DNA of 64,000 bases from an uncultured delta proteobacterium (GCA_963802945.1 CAWDKY010000030.1:241046-305045); one strand, 5' to 3'. Counted from the first letter of the stretch, positions 21,552-30,470 are shown. Made by a program: numbers and translations. The notes: generated from the letters alone by a model not told the origin.

Positions 21552-21978
21552 GACACTCCTCAAAGAGGGACGAGTTCATCAGGAAAAAATATCGTCTCAA
21601 GAGATCCATAGGGCCTTGGCTAGAGCGGAAAGGGATTTAAAAACAGCGAGAAAAATAATGGCCGAGGACTGGGATTGGGGTTTCTCGATCACCTATAATG
21701 CCGTCCTCCAAGCTTCCCGGGCTTACATGTTTGCGCAGGGCTATCGCCCATCTCATGGAGAAGGTCATAAAAATACTTTCGCCATCATGAAAATCTTCAT
21801 GGGGAAAGAGTACGAGGACTTAATTTCCTATTTTGACCGCATGAGGAATAAACGAAATCAAGCTATTTATGATGTGGCCGGATTGATTACCGAAACGGAG
21901 GCCAGAAACCTATTTTCCAAAGCGACTGAATTTATAAAATTGATCCGCCGCAGTCTGACAGATAAAAATAGCGGCTAA
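21541..21978 (+). CDS. HEPN-domain protein (partner of MNT)
   Basis: Overlaps the MNT stop; YNAVLQASRA..GYRP..H..RNKRNQAIYD. Confidence 0.85.
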   Translation: MDLETLLKEGRVHQEKISSQEIHRALARAERDLKTARKIMAEDWDWGFSITYNAVLQASRAYMFAQGYRPSHGEGHKNTFAIMKIFMGKEYEDLISYFDRMRNKRNQAIYDVAGLITETEARNLFSKATEFIKLIRRSLTDKNSG

Positions 21979-22247
21979 TTTTTAGAACTTAGCTTTATTG
22001 ATTCCGGCAAACTGTTAACTAAACCCTCAAACTTACTTGTTGCGGACACCACTAATCATGAAAATAATTAATGGGGTTAACTGCCACGCCGTTCACTCCG
22101 CCTGCGGTCCTCGAATCCTCCTAAGCTCGTCGCAGGTCCTTGAATCCTGTTTTCCTGTTAAGACTGGTCCATGAAGCAGTCCGAAAAGCCCCCATTTTTT
22201 GAAAAAGAAGATGGGGATTTTTTAACCAATCTCTCATTGAGGATCTT

Positions 22248-22820
22248 ATGGAATCTTTAGTGCTCGTTGAGATTATCGAGAAAAAAATTTTATTGATCCG
22301 CGGCCAAAAGGTGATGCTGGATGCCGATCTGGCAAAGCTTTACGGGGTGACAACCAAGAGATTGAATGAACAAGTTAGGCGGAATCAGGGACGATTTCCT
22401 GAAGATTTTATGTTCCAATTGAGTCTGATGAAAAAGCTGAGGTGGTCGCAATTTGCGACCACCTTGCCAAACTTAGATTTTCCCCTACTCTCCCCCATGC
22501 CTTCACTGAACATGGAGTCTCTCATGGTTGCCAGTGTGCTTAATACCACAAAAGCTATTGAAATTAGCGTCTTCGTTGTACGGGCTTTCGTTAAAATGCG
22601 GGAGATGGTTGTGTCAAACAAAGAAATTGTCCGGCGGCTGGATAATCTGGAAAAGAAATATGATTCCCAGTTTAAAGTGGTCTTTGACGCCCTGCGGGCT
22701 TTAATGTCCCAGCCAATAAAGCCTAAGCGAAAAATTGGTTTTGACTTGAAAGAGAAGCAGGCCCGATACAGCATAAAGAAATCTTCGCGAAAGGAGGAGT
22801 TGTTGACTTTAACTAATTAA
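22248..22820 (+). CDS. ORF6N copy 5 (near-duplicate of copy 3 with compensating -1/+1 indels)
   Basis: DNA nearly identical to 18845-19250; indels near 22424 and 22519. Confidence 0.85.
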   Translation: MESLVLVEIIEKKILLIRGQKVMLDADLAKLYGVTTKRLNEQVRRNQGRFPEDFMFQLSLMKKLRWSQFATTLPNLDFPLLSPMPSLNMESLMVASVLNTTKAIEISVFVVRAFVKMREMVVSNKEIVRRLDNLEKKYDSQFKVVFDALRALMSQPIKPKRKIGFDLKEKQARYSIKKSSRKEELLTLTN

Positions 22821-23213
22821 TATATTCTAAATTATCCGTTCAAATGAGATGCATAGGAGTTTAACCCCATGAATCCTCGAATCCTTGACTCTGCTCGGCT
22901 GAGCTCGCCGCAAGCCTTGAACCCTGTTTTTTTTGAGTCTGGTCCATGAAGCAGTCCCCCAAAACCCCATTTTAAAAAAAAGATGGGGGTTTTGTTTTGG
23001 CGTGGATGATAAAAGAGAGTAGAATGCTTGGGTCAAATCAAAAACAATCGGACAAATGGGGAGAAATAAGTTGTTTTAGAACCAACGTCCCCTCTTAATG
23101 AAGCAACCGCACTAGGCCCCATTTTAAAAGAAGATAGGTTTTTGTTTTGGTTAAGGACAAAATTTAAACTGTTTCAGACCTGACTTCCCCCTTTACAGTT
23201 TATAATACAGGCC

Positions 23214-24044
23214 ATGATAGAAACCATCTTGGTGGGCAAGGTAGATGAATCCTTTCTTCTGGAGGTCCAAAAATGGGCGGAAGAGGTTGTTGGGAAAACC
23301 GAGCCCGGGACGGTCCCGGATCGTATTTCCGTTTACCTCTGGGAGAATGGAAACGATTTTAAGGAATTTGATGCCCGAGAAAAAGCCGAGTTGGGGGTAG
23401 TCACCGGTGATGAATCCAACTTTCTGGCCACCCACGAGGCCTGGAGGGGTTACCCTAGGATTCATATATCCCTGGAAAAGATCCAGGGAATTCCTGAAGA
23501 AGTCATCCAGGGCGTAGTTCAACATGAGATCGGCCACGCCCTGGTCCATGGTAAGCCGGAATTTTATCAATTTCTTTTTTCCGAACTGCTTCAGGAAACC
23601 GCTAGGTCGGCGGGACTGGATCTACCCCAGCTCCAGCAGTTGGTTTATTTGCTTTCCGTGGCTCTGAAAGACGAAGAAGTGGTCAGGCTATTAAGTGAAA
23701 GGGGATTAGGAATTTACCAAAATCGGGTACTGGAATATTTAATAGAAGATACGGGGGAGGAGCAACAGACTTGGGAACTGATTAAGGATATGCCGGCTCT
23801 GAGAAAATTAGCCTGGGCCGCTTTTTCAAAAACCCTTCTGCCGATTGAAACTTTGGCCGGATTGGGCGATCCGGAATCCAGTCCTCTGATAGAGCAATGG
23901 GAGAAGGCCTATTCCTGGCTCACCAACCGGGAAAGGACCGACCTAAGGGCTTATGCGCGGTTGGTCATTGAATTGCCCTCTAAAAATTTCCAGGATCGAT
24001 TGGAACAAGCCGTCTTGAGATTGATCAACAGCGCTTCACTATGA
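23214..24044 (+). CDS. Hypothetical protein with HExxH zinc-metallopeptidase motif
   Basis: QHEIGHALVH. Confidence 0.6.
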   Translation: MIETILVGKVDESFLLEVQKWAEEVVGKTEPGTVPDRISVYLWENGNDFKEFDAREKAELGVVTGDESNFLATHEAWRGYPRIHISLEKIQGIPEEVIQGVVQHEIGHALVHGKPEFYQFLFSELLQETARSAGLDLPQLQQLVYLLSVALKDEEVVRLLSERGLGIYQNRVLEYLIEDTGEEQQTWELIKDMPALRKLAWAAFSKTLLPIETLAGLGDPESSPLIEQWEKAYSWLTNRERTDLRAYARLVIELPSKNFQDRLEQAVLRLINSASL

Positions 24045-24163
24045 AATGAACTGGAACTCTGTGTATATCTGAGAGTTGACCCAGGCCCGATATGGCATAA
24101 GGAAAGTACGGGGAGTTGGAAAGCGGTTGGTTTAATTAGTATAGCGTCTCCGTACTTCCATTC

Positions 24164-24646
24164 TTAGTATCCCAATTCCTTTAATATTGAAGAAAGTCTT
24201 TGTAATCGCTCGCTGAGTAGTTCATCATCATTGCTTAACGCTTGCTGAAATAATTTTATATCCTCATCTATTTTGGGGTTGTCTGTACATACTGCTATTG
24301 TCATGGAATCGCCTTGCAGACCGACTCTGTCAATTACTGTTTTTTCAGAATCATAAAGTTTTGTATGACGATAAGCCTCTGAAGCAAAATACTGTTTTGC
24401 TCTGCAAACAAAAATTGCAAGATCAAGCACACGGTGAAGGGGTAATTCTTCAGATTGCCTTGACCACTTTTCACCTGTATGTCTCCAAACTTTTGCTGAG
24501 ATATCAACGTTCCCCCTGTCATTCCATTGAGCCAAGCCTAATGAAAGCCCCTTGGCATCGGTCTTGTAAGCATATCGGCCATCAACATTTTCGTAATTTT
24601 CAGAAACAATAACAGGTTTATGTTTTAATATTGCTGGTATTTTCAT
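24164..24646 (-). CDS. Conserved hypothetical protein (DUF6530-like), AT-rich
   Basis: MKIP..LKHKPVIV..NYENVDG..DAKGLSLGLAQWNDRG..SAKVWR..EKWSRQSEELPLHRVLDL (recognised from memory). Confidence 0.65.
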   Translation of the reverse strand: MKIPAILKHKPVIVSENYENVDGRYAYKTDAKGLSLGLAQWNDRGNVDISAKVWRHTGEKWSRQSEELPLHRVLDLAIFVCRAKQYFASEAYRHTKLYDSEKTVIDRVGLQGDSMTIAVCTDNPKIDEDIKLFQQALSNDDELLSERLQRLSSILKELGY

Positions 24647-24789
24647 AATTTTAATATTCCTTTATGTAGTTATTTACTTGTGTAGTCAACTAATAGTTTA
24701 GTAAATAACTTATCATACTAATAACAAACCTGTCAAGCAAAAAAGTAATTGACTATTTTTAGGTTGCTCCCAAAAACAATTCCCTTGGG

Positions 24790-25018
24790 GTTGACTTTAA
24801 TTTTTAATAGGTTTAAATAAGTTATATTAACTTGGCTTCATAAACATAAAGCAAATAGCCTTCAGTATTCAGCAATTAGCCTGGATGTTTTTAAGGTTTC
24901 TTTGAACACCGAACTCTGAACGCTGAACGCCGAACGTTCCCAGAACCGAAAGGCTAGCCCATGAAGCAGTCCCCCAAGACCCCATTTTTTTGAAAAAGGA
25001 GATGGGGTTTTTGTTTTG
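24790..25018 (+). repeat. Repeat A, type-A leader plus terminator
   Basis: Conserved ends; middle with (C)TGAACG-type heptamers. Confidence 0.9.
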
Positions 25019-25315
25019 GGGCGGAAGCAGGGCCATTTACTTGAATGATTTTTTAGTTGGGAAATAAGGGTTGGGGTTCGACCATAGACAGCCCTATTTT
25101 CATGTCCCGGCTTCCGATCCGCTCGGTCCGCTCGACCTGGCCGACTAGTGGTGTCAAGACCTGCCTTGTGCAGGCATACGCCCCTGGCGGGGCATGACTG
25201 TTCAAAAGGCAATTTAGTCAGCAGCGTCCGGGACAGCAAGGAATCCGGCATTTTGTTTACATTTAAGATTTGCCCCCTGGATCTATGAAAGTCAACCCAA
25301 TTAAGGGAGGGAAAA

Positions 25316-25753
25316 ATGGAAAAATTGACCTTTGAATTCGTGAATCCGGGGGATGTCCTTCCTCCATTCATCCGATCCGTCAGTCAGGAAACCTTTTGGA
25401 AATACGCCGTGGCCTCTTTCGATTATAACCCTGTCCACAATGATCCTGAATGGGTCAAAACGGCCCAACCCTTTAAAATACCTTTTACGGTGGGGCATGG
25501 TATGATGACTATGTCTTTTATGACCTCTCTGGTTACCAACTGGGCCTTACCGTCCATGCTTCAGGTTCGGAAGATTGTTTCTAAATTTACTCGGCCGGTT
25601 GAGCAGGGATGGGAAATTATCTGCACCGGAGTTGTCTCGGAAAAGCACTTTATCGCCAAAGGGAAAAACTATGTGGTGGTGGATGTCAAAGCTGAAAATC
25701 GGCAGGGTGACTTGCTGGCCCTCAGTGAAATCGAAGTGGTCTTTCCCGATTGA
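25316..25753 (+). CDS. MaoC-family dehydratase
   Basis: YAVASFDYNPVHND, GHGMMT. Confidence 0.88.
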   Translation: MEKLTFEFVNPGDVLPPFIRSVSQETFWKYAVASFDYNPVHNDPEWVKTAQPFKIPFTVGHGMMTMSFMTSLVTNWALPSMLQVRKIVSKFTRPVEQGWEIICTGVVSEKHFIAKGKNYVVVDVKAENRQGDLLALSEIEVVFPD

Positions 25754-25810
25754 GACCGGGGGTTTTATCGATTGGATCAATTTCGAGATTCAAAGAAAGG
25801 AGAATGAACC

Positions 25811-26389
25811 ATGAGTCATGCCGATTTAGCCAAATATTTCAAAACAGAAAAGCAGCTCAAATTCAGCACCGATTTTTTTACCGATGCCGAAAACTATGAA
25901 GTTTGGGATGAAATTGATTTTTCCGATCTACAAGAAGTTGACGGTGAAAACACCTTTGAAATAAAGGCCGAAGACATCAAATTTTACGCCGAAGGAGGCC
26001 TTGACGACAACCCGCTGATGAATGACGAGGAATACGCCAAGAAATCATCCTACGGCGGGCTGGTGGCCCACCCGATTTTTATAACCTCCATCTGTTTTTG
26101 GTGTGTGGGCGTCAAGGGGAAGGGAAATTGGATCAGAACGCCCGGGGCGAGAAACCCTGGTCAGGTTTTGGAAATCTATGAATATTTCAAAGTCGGAGAA
26201 ACCATTCATGTAACAATGAAGCCCCATGACCGCTATATCAAACGGGGTAAATGTTATCTCCAGTATCAAATGAACGCCTTTAACCAGGATAATGTTTTGA
26301 AATGCAGAATGTTTGCCACCCTGATCCTGCCTCGGACACGCCAGGATATAGGGAAATTTCTTAAAGGCATCCGCGGTCTAAGTGATTAG
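25811..26389 (+). CDS. MaoC-like hotdog-fold dehydratase partner
   Basis: IKFYA..DDNPLMNDEEYAKKSSYGGLVAHP. Confidence 0.8.
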   Translation: MSHADLAKYFKTEKQLKFSTDFFTDAENYEVWDEIDFSDLQEVDGENTFEIKAEDIKFYAEGGLDDNPLMNDEEYAKKSSYGGLVAHPIFITSICFWCVGVKGKGNWIRTPGARNPGQVLEIYEYFKVGETIHVTMKPHDRYIKRGKCYLQYQMNAFNQDNVLKCRMFATLILPRTRQDIGKFLKGIRGLSD

Positions 26390-26402
26390 CCAAGAAACCG
26401 GA

Positions 26403-26463
26403 AGGATGGTCCTTGAAGCATCCTATAATACCCTATTTTTTGAAAAAGAAGATGAGGTTTTTT
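26403..26463 (+). repeat. Repeat A core with compensatory stem changes
   Basis: GGATG-GTCCTTGAAG-CATCC followed by a terminator-like hairpin. Confidence 0.8.
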
Positions 26464-26483
26464 AGTCACAATTGGATGATGAG

Positions 26484-26599
26484 ATTCCAATTTGGAATAC
26501 CAAAAACGAGCGATGAACCAGTCGCAATTTGCGACCGGTTCCAAAAATAAGATTAGCCTGGGAGTTTGAGTCTTTGAGATCACAAATTGTGATCTCAAA
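26484..26599. repeat. Three free ORF6N-type palindromes
   Basis: 26484-26498 (7-1-7), 26515-26541 (13-1-13, one mismatch), 26573-26599 (13-1-13). Confidence 0.9.
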
Positions 26600-26643
26600 A
26601 TTAAAAGGGGATTAGTTAAAGAAGTCATTTGAAGAGGATCTTG

Positions 26644-27210
26644 ATGGAAAAAAAGGAGTTAATCCCGCAGGAAATCATTGAGGGCAAAATCTTCCTTATC
26701 AGAGGTAAAAAGGTCATGCTCGATCGGGATCTGGCTGTTCTTTATGGAGTTGAGACAAAGGTCATAAACCAGGCGGTCAAAAGAAATTCTCAAAGGTTTC
26801 CAGAGGATTTTATGTTCCAGTTGTCCACTGAGGAGACTCAGCAATTTTTAAGGTCACAATTTGTGACCTTAAAAAGAGGACAGCATTACAAATACTTACC
26901 TTATGTTTTTACAGAGAATGGTGTGGCCATGCTCTCCAGTGTCCTTAATACCGAGAGGGCAATCCAGGTCAATATTCAAATCATGCGAACCTTTACCCGG
27001 TTAAGGGAGATCATCGCCACTCATAAAGATTTGGCGCGGCGTCTGGATGACCTGGAGAAAAAGTACGATAGCCAGTTCAAAGTGGTCTTTGACGCCCTGC
27101 GGGCTTTAATGGCCCCTCCTGTTAAGCCAAAACGAAAAATAGGTTTTGATCTCAAGGAGAAACGGGCACGGTATTCCATAAAAGGTGTTCAACGGGAGAA
27201 AAGGAAGTAA
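26644..27210 (+). CDS. ORF6N-domain DNA-binding protein, copy 6
   Basis: [52 protein letters not shown]. Confidence 0.92.
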   Translation: MEKKELIPQEIIEGKIFLIRGKKVMLDRDLAVLYGVETKVINQAVKRNSQRFPEDFMFQLSTEETQQFLRSQFVTLKRGQHYKYLPYVFTENGVAMLSSVLNTERAIQVNIQIMRTFTRLREIIATHKDLARRLDDLEKKYDSQFKVVFDALRALMAPPVKPKRKIGFDLKEKRARYSIKGVQREKRK

Positions 27211-27267
27211 CGTTTTCTTCTGCTTTTCCACCGCCATCTTGCCACTAACACCTTTATTCGGGAGGGA

Positions 27268-27457
27268 TTGACTTTAATTTTTAATAGGTTTAAATAAGTT
27301 ATATTAACTTGGCTTCATAAAGATAAAGCGAATAGCCAACCGTTGATCGCCGAACGACGAACTACGAACGACAAACGTTTTTAGTACCGAAAGGCCGATC
27401 CATGAAGCAACCTACCAAGACCCCATTTTTTGAAAAAGAAGATGGGGTTTTTGTTTT
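27268..27457 (+). repeat. Repeat A, type-A leader plus terminator
   Basis: Conserved ends; short ACGAACT/ACGAACG middle. Confidence 0.9.
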
Positions 27458-27532
27458 GGGTTTGCTGATAAAAGAGAGCATTATTTTTGTTATAAAATAA
27501 ATGGGCGCTGTCCCTATTTAAAACCGAAAAAA

Positions 27533-27781
27533 ATGCCTAACGAAGGACATCCGTATGCGAAACCAGAAATTACACATGAAGGATCTTTGTTAAAAATAAT
27601 TGATGAGCTTCAAGAAAGGAATCTGGTCGTAGAAGGAGAGTCCACATTTGAACTATCCGAAAAAGGGACCACAATAAGACAAACGGTGAAATATAAACCT
27701 CGAGAAGGGTTGGTCTCAAAGATAGTTAACAGGTTTAAGATAAATATCGATTTAAAGAGCATCTTTGGTATAGGACATTAG
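27533..27781 (+). CDS. Small hypothetical protein, possibly a wHTH fragment
   Basis: ORF only; IDELQERNLV..FELSEKG. Confidence 0.4.
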   Translation: MPNEGHPYAKPEITHEGSLLKIIDELQERNLVVEGESTFELSEKGTTIRQTVKYKPREGLVSKIVNRFKINIDLKSIFGIGH

Positions 27782-27873
27782 GGTTCAAAAAATTATCCTA
27801 TTAAGAGTATCTAAACAAACACAAGAAGCCATGCCAACAATGAATGTCGTTGAGCTTTAGCGTAAAGGGAAAT

Positions 27874-28842
27874 ATGTCACCCCAGTCCGACGATGAACTC
27901 GCTTCAAATCTTCTTGACAATCTCCACTACCTTTCGACCCTTATTGCGAGGAAACCAAAGGAGTTCACCAAAAAATGGGCGACTACGGTAGATGAGGCCT
28001 TTTCACTTTATACTCGGACTAGAACAGTAAATTTAATTCTAAGTTGGAATGATGTCTTGGCCGAGCTAGGATGGCCATTTCCATCCTATCTGAATCTCCG
28101 CAAGGAAGTTGACCTCACCGGTGACTTGTTAGCGCTACGCCGACAATTCCTTCGGTTCGTTTTTACAGGCAAGAGGTTCCTACAAGGTCCACTATTCATG
28201 TTAGCTTCCCAACGAACTCCCGAGGCGCGCGAGCAAAGCGTATCAGTGTGGATGAGATTTCTTTTTTGGCGACATTCAAAGCAAATATTCCAATTCTGGC
28301 GGAACCATCACCTCCTCAGGGGTAAAGAACCTATAGTCGATAACATACGCATTACATATAATAAGGGATTATTTGCGGCTTGCTTGCCAACTCTGCTGGG
28401 GCTTCTCGATTTTGTAATGCGGGCCTACTTTCACACTGATCGATTAACTGTTAGTCTCCAAACATTGCGAAATGCCTTTGAAAAAGCGGCTATACTCCCA
28501 AGACACCTGAAACCTGGTTATGGTGGTGTGGAGCTCATTGAAAATCCAGAATCAACCAAATTATTTCCATCACTTGAAGAGGATCTACGTCTCCCTGGGG
28601 TTTTTCTTTCATCTTTTGTTGAATTTGGGAGTAAATATTATGCGTGGTACTCAACAGCAAATTCCAATCAGATCGCGGTGCTCAATCGTCATGCTATTAT
28701 GCATTGCGCGACAGAATATTGGACAACTGGAAGCGCTATCAGGCTACTGACTTTTTTTGATTTGACCCTGCGACTAGAACGGGTGCTTAAGATTGTCATT
28801 CATGGACAGGCGGCCTATATAGAAGGTGAAGAAAATAAATGA
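27874..28842 (+). CDS. Hypothetical protein with C-terminal HEPN-like Rx4H motif
   Basis: LNRHAIMHC; RBS AAAGGGA. Confidence 0.6.
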   Translation: MSPQSDDELASNLLDNLHYLSTLIARKPKEFTKKWATTVDEAFSLYTRTRTVNLILSWNDVLAELGWPFPSYLNLRKEVDLTGDLLALRRQFLRFVFTGKRFLQGPLFMLASQRTPEAREQSVSVWMRFLFWRHSKQIFQFWRNHHLLRGKEPIVDNIRITYNKGLFAACLPTLLGLLDFVMRAYFHTDRLTVSLQTLRNAFEKAAILPRHLKPGYGGVELIENPESTKLFPSLEEDLRLPGVFLSSFVEFGSKYYAWYSTANSNQIAVLNRHAIMHCATEYWTTGSAIRLLTFFDLTLRLERVLKIVIHGQAAYIEGEENK

Positions 28843-29031
28843 ACTGATTAGGGAGATAATTATAATGTAAATTGGGGTCGGACCACGCGAAGATTTTGAT
28901 CAGACAAATTAGCAGATAACCAATCACTTCTCCACAGAGAAGAATGTTTCGTCATAAAAATTAACATTTGATCCGGCGACTTCAAATCGTCGGCATTGAT
29001 TTGAAAAGTTCTTCCTGATTAGGAGAATCAT

Positions 29032-29871
29032 ATGAAGAAATTAATTTTGCAAGGACATTCAACGTACGACGGCGCCGGAGTTAAGTTGAAGCGTATTTTC
29101 GCGCATGACCACACAAAACTTACCGATCCGTTCCTGCTCCTCGACCATTTCGGTTCAGACAATCCCGATGATTATGTAAAAGGCTTTCCCTGGCATCCTC
29201 ATCGCGGGATTGAAACAGTGACCTATATGCTCGGTGGAACGGTTGAGCATGGCGACAATATCGGTAACGCGGGCACGATCGGGCCGGGAGATATTCAATG
29301 GATGACCGCGGGCGGCGGTGTAATTCACCAGGAGATGCCGAAACCTTCAAAAGGAATGATGCACGGGTTGCAGCTGTGGGTAAATTTGCCTGCGAAAAAT
29401 AAGATGATGGAGCCGCGCTACAGGGGTATACTCGAAGATGAAGTGCCGGTCGTCAAGATACCAGGCGGAGAAGTGCGGGTCATAGCCGGCGCTTACAAAA
29501 ATGTAACCGGTCCCGTGCAGGAACTGGTAGTAGATATCGAGTACCTGGATGTCCGGTTAAAGAAGGGAATGTCTCTATCCCACACGGCTAAAAAAGGATA
29601 CACCAGCTTTTGTTATCTTATCGAAGGAACAGGCGAGTTTGATGACACGAAACTGGAACAAGCACAGCTGATTCTCTTCACGGAAGCCGGTAGCATTGCC
29701 ATAAAGGCGATTGAAGATATCCGTTACATATTTGTTACCGGCAAGCAGCTCAACGAACCGATTGCCTGGGGCGGCCCAATTGTTATGAATACGCAGGAAG
29801 AGCTTGAAATTGCTTTCAGAGAGCTTGACGAAGGTACGTTTATCAAGAAAAAACAGGAGACAAACGGCTAG
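29032..29871 (+). CDS. Pirin family protein
   Basis: DPFLLLDHF, GFPWHPHRGIETVTY, WMTAGGGVIHQE. Confidence 0.95.
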   Translation: MKKLILQGHSTYDGAGVKLKRIFAHDHTKLTDPFLLLDHFGSDNPDDYVKGFPWHPHRGIETVTYMLGGTVEHGDNIGNAGTIGPGDIQWMTAGGGVIHQEMPKPSKGMMHGLQLWVNLPAKNKMMEPRYRGILEDEVPVVKIPGGEVRVIAGAYKNVTGPVQELVVDIEYLDVRLKKGMSLSHTAKKGYTSFCYLIEGTGEFDDTKLEQAQLILFTEAGSIAIKAIEDIRYIFVTGKQLNEPIAWGGPIVMNTQEELEIAFRELDEGTFIKKKQETNG

Positions 29872-30073
29872 AGGGTCGGGAATCAGGTCTCCGTTTGACT
29901 TATAAAAATAGCCAGGAACGCCTAACGGGATCAGGCACGTTAGGTATTTGATCCAACAGAGCGGCAGAAAACCAATTACTTCACCAAAGAGAAGAATTTT
30001 TCGGCCTAGTATGAATGGAAGACCTGATCCCATGAAGTGCTTCCCAGATAAGTAACGCCGGAGCAGGAGGATT

Positions 30074-30418
30074 GTGATGAGTAAAATCATAGAAAGTAAA
30101 TCTGATCTTGATAAGATGTTGAATGAATGCCCGCGCCTATTGGTTCTTTTTTATGCTTCCTGGTGTCCTCATTCGCGAAGGTTTCTGCCGATTTTCGAAA
30201 AATATTCCGAGAATAATGAAAATAATTTGTGTCGTGTTTTAACGGATGAAATTGAAAGTTGTGTAAAAAACTATTCTATCAAGGTAGTACCAACGGTGAT
30301 TTTCTTTAAGAATGGTAAGATTGCAAAACGTTTAAATGGGATTGCTGGAATAGGATTGAATGAAAAACAGTTGGTGGAAATGATAGATTCATGTAAGATT
30401 TCAGAAGATCTGAACTGA
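30074..30418 (+). CDS. Thioredoxin-fold protein (CxxS)
   Basis: FYASWCPHS, VVPT. Confidence 0.85.
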   Translation: MMSKIIESKSDLDKMLNECPRLLVLFYASWCPHSRRFLPIFEKYSENNENNLCRVLTDEIESCVKNYSIKVVPTVIFFKNGKIAKRLNGIAGIGLNEKQLVEMIDSCKISEDLN

Positions 30419-30470
30419 TATTTTAATTCATATGGAAATAAGGAAGATGGTGAAAAAAGATACCGAGTGA

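Noticed and set aside
24806-24833. TTATATTAACT as the XerD arm of a dif/pdif site (also about 27300)
   Set aside because: No XerC-like arm at 6-bp spacing, and spacing differs among copies.
14711-27457. Repeat A as a CRISPR array
   Set aside because: Spacing is hundreds to thousands of bp with whole genes in between; repeats are degenerate; no cas genes.
11485-27457. Prophage or diversity-generating retroelement
   Set aside because: No structural or replication genes, no reverse transcriptase, and variation is not adenine-specific.
28972-28993. GACTTCAAATC as a tRNA-Sec anticodon arm
   Set aside because: Isolated REP-like hairpin; no acceptor, D or T arms.
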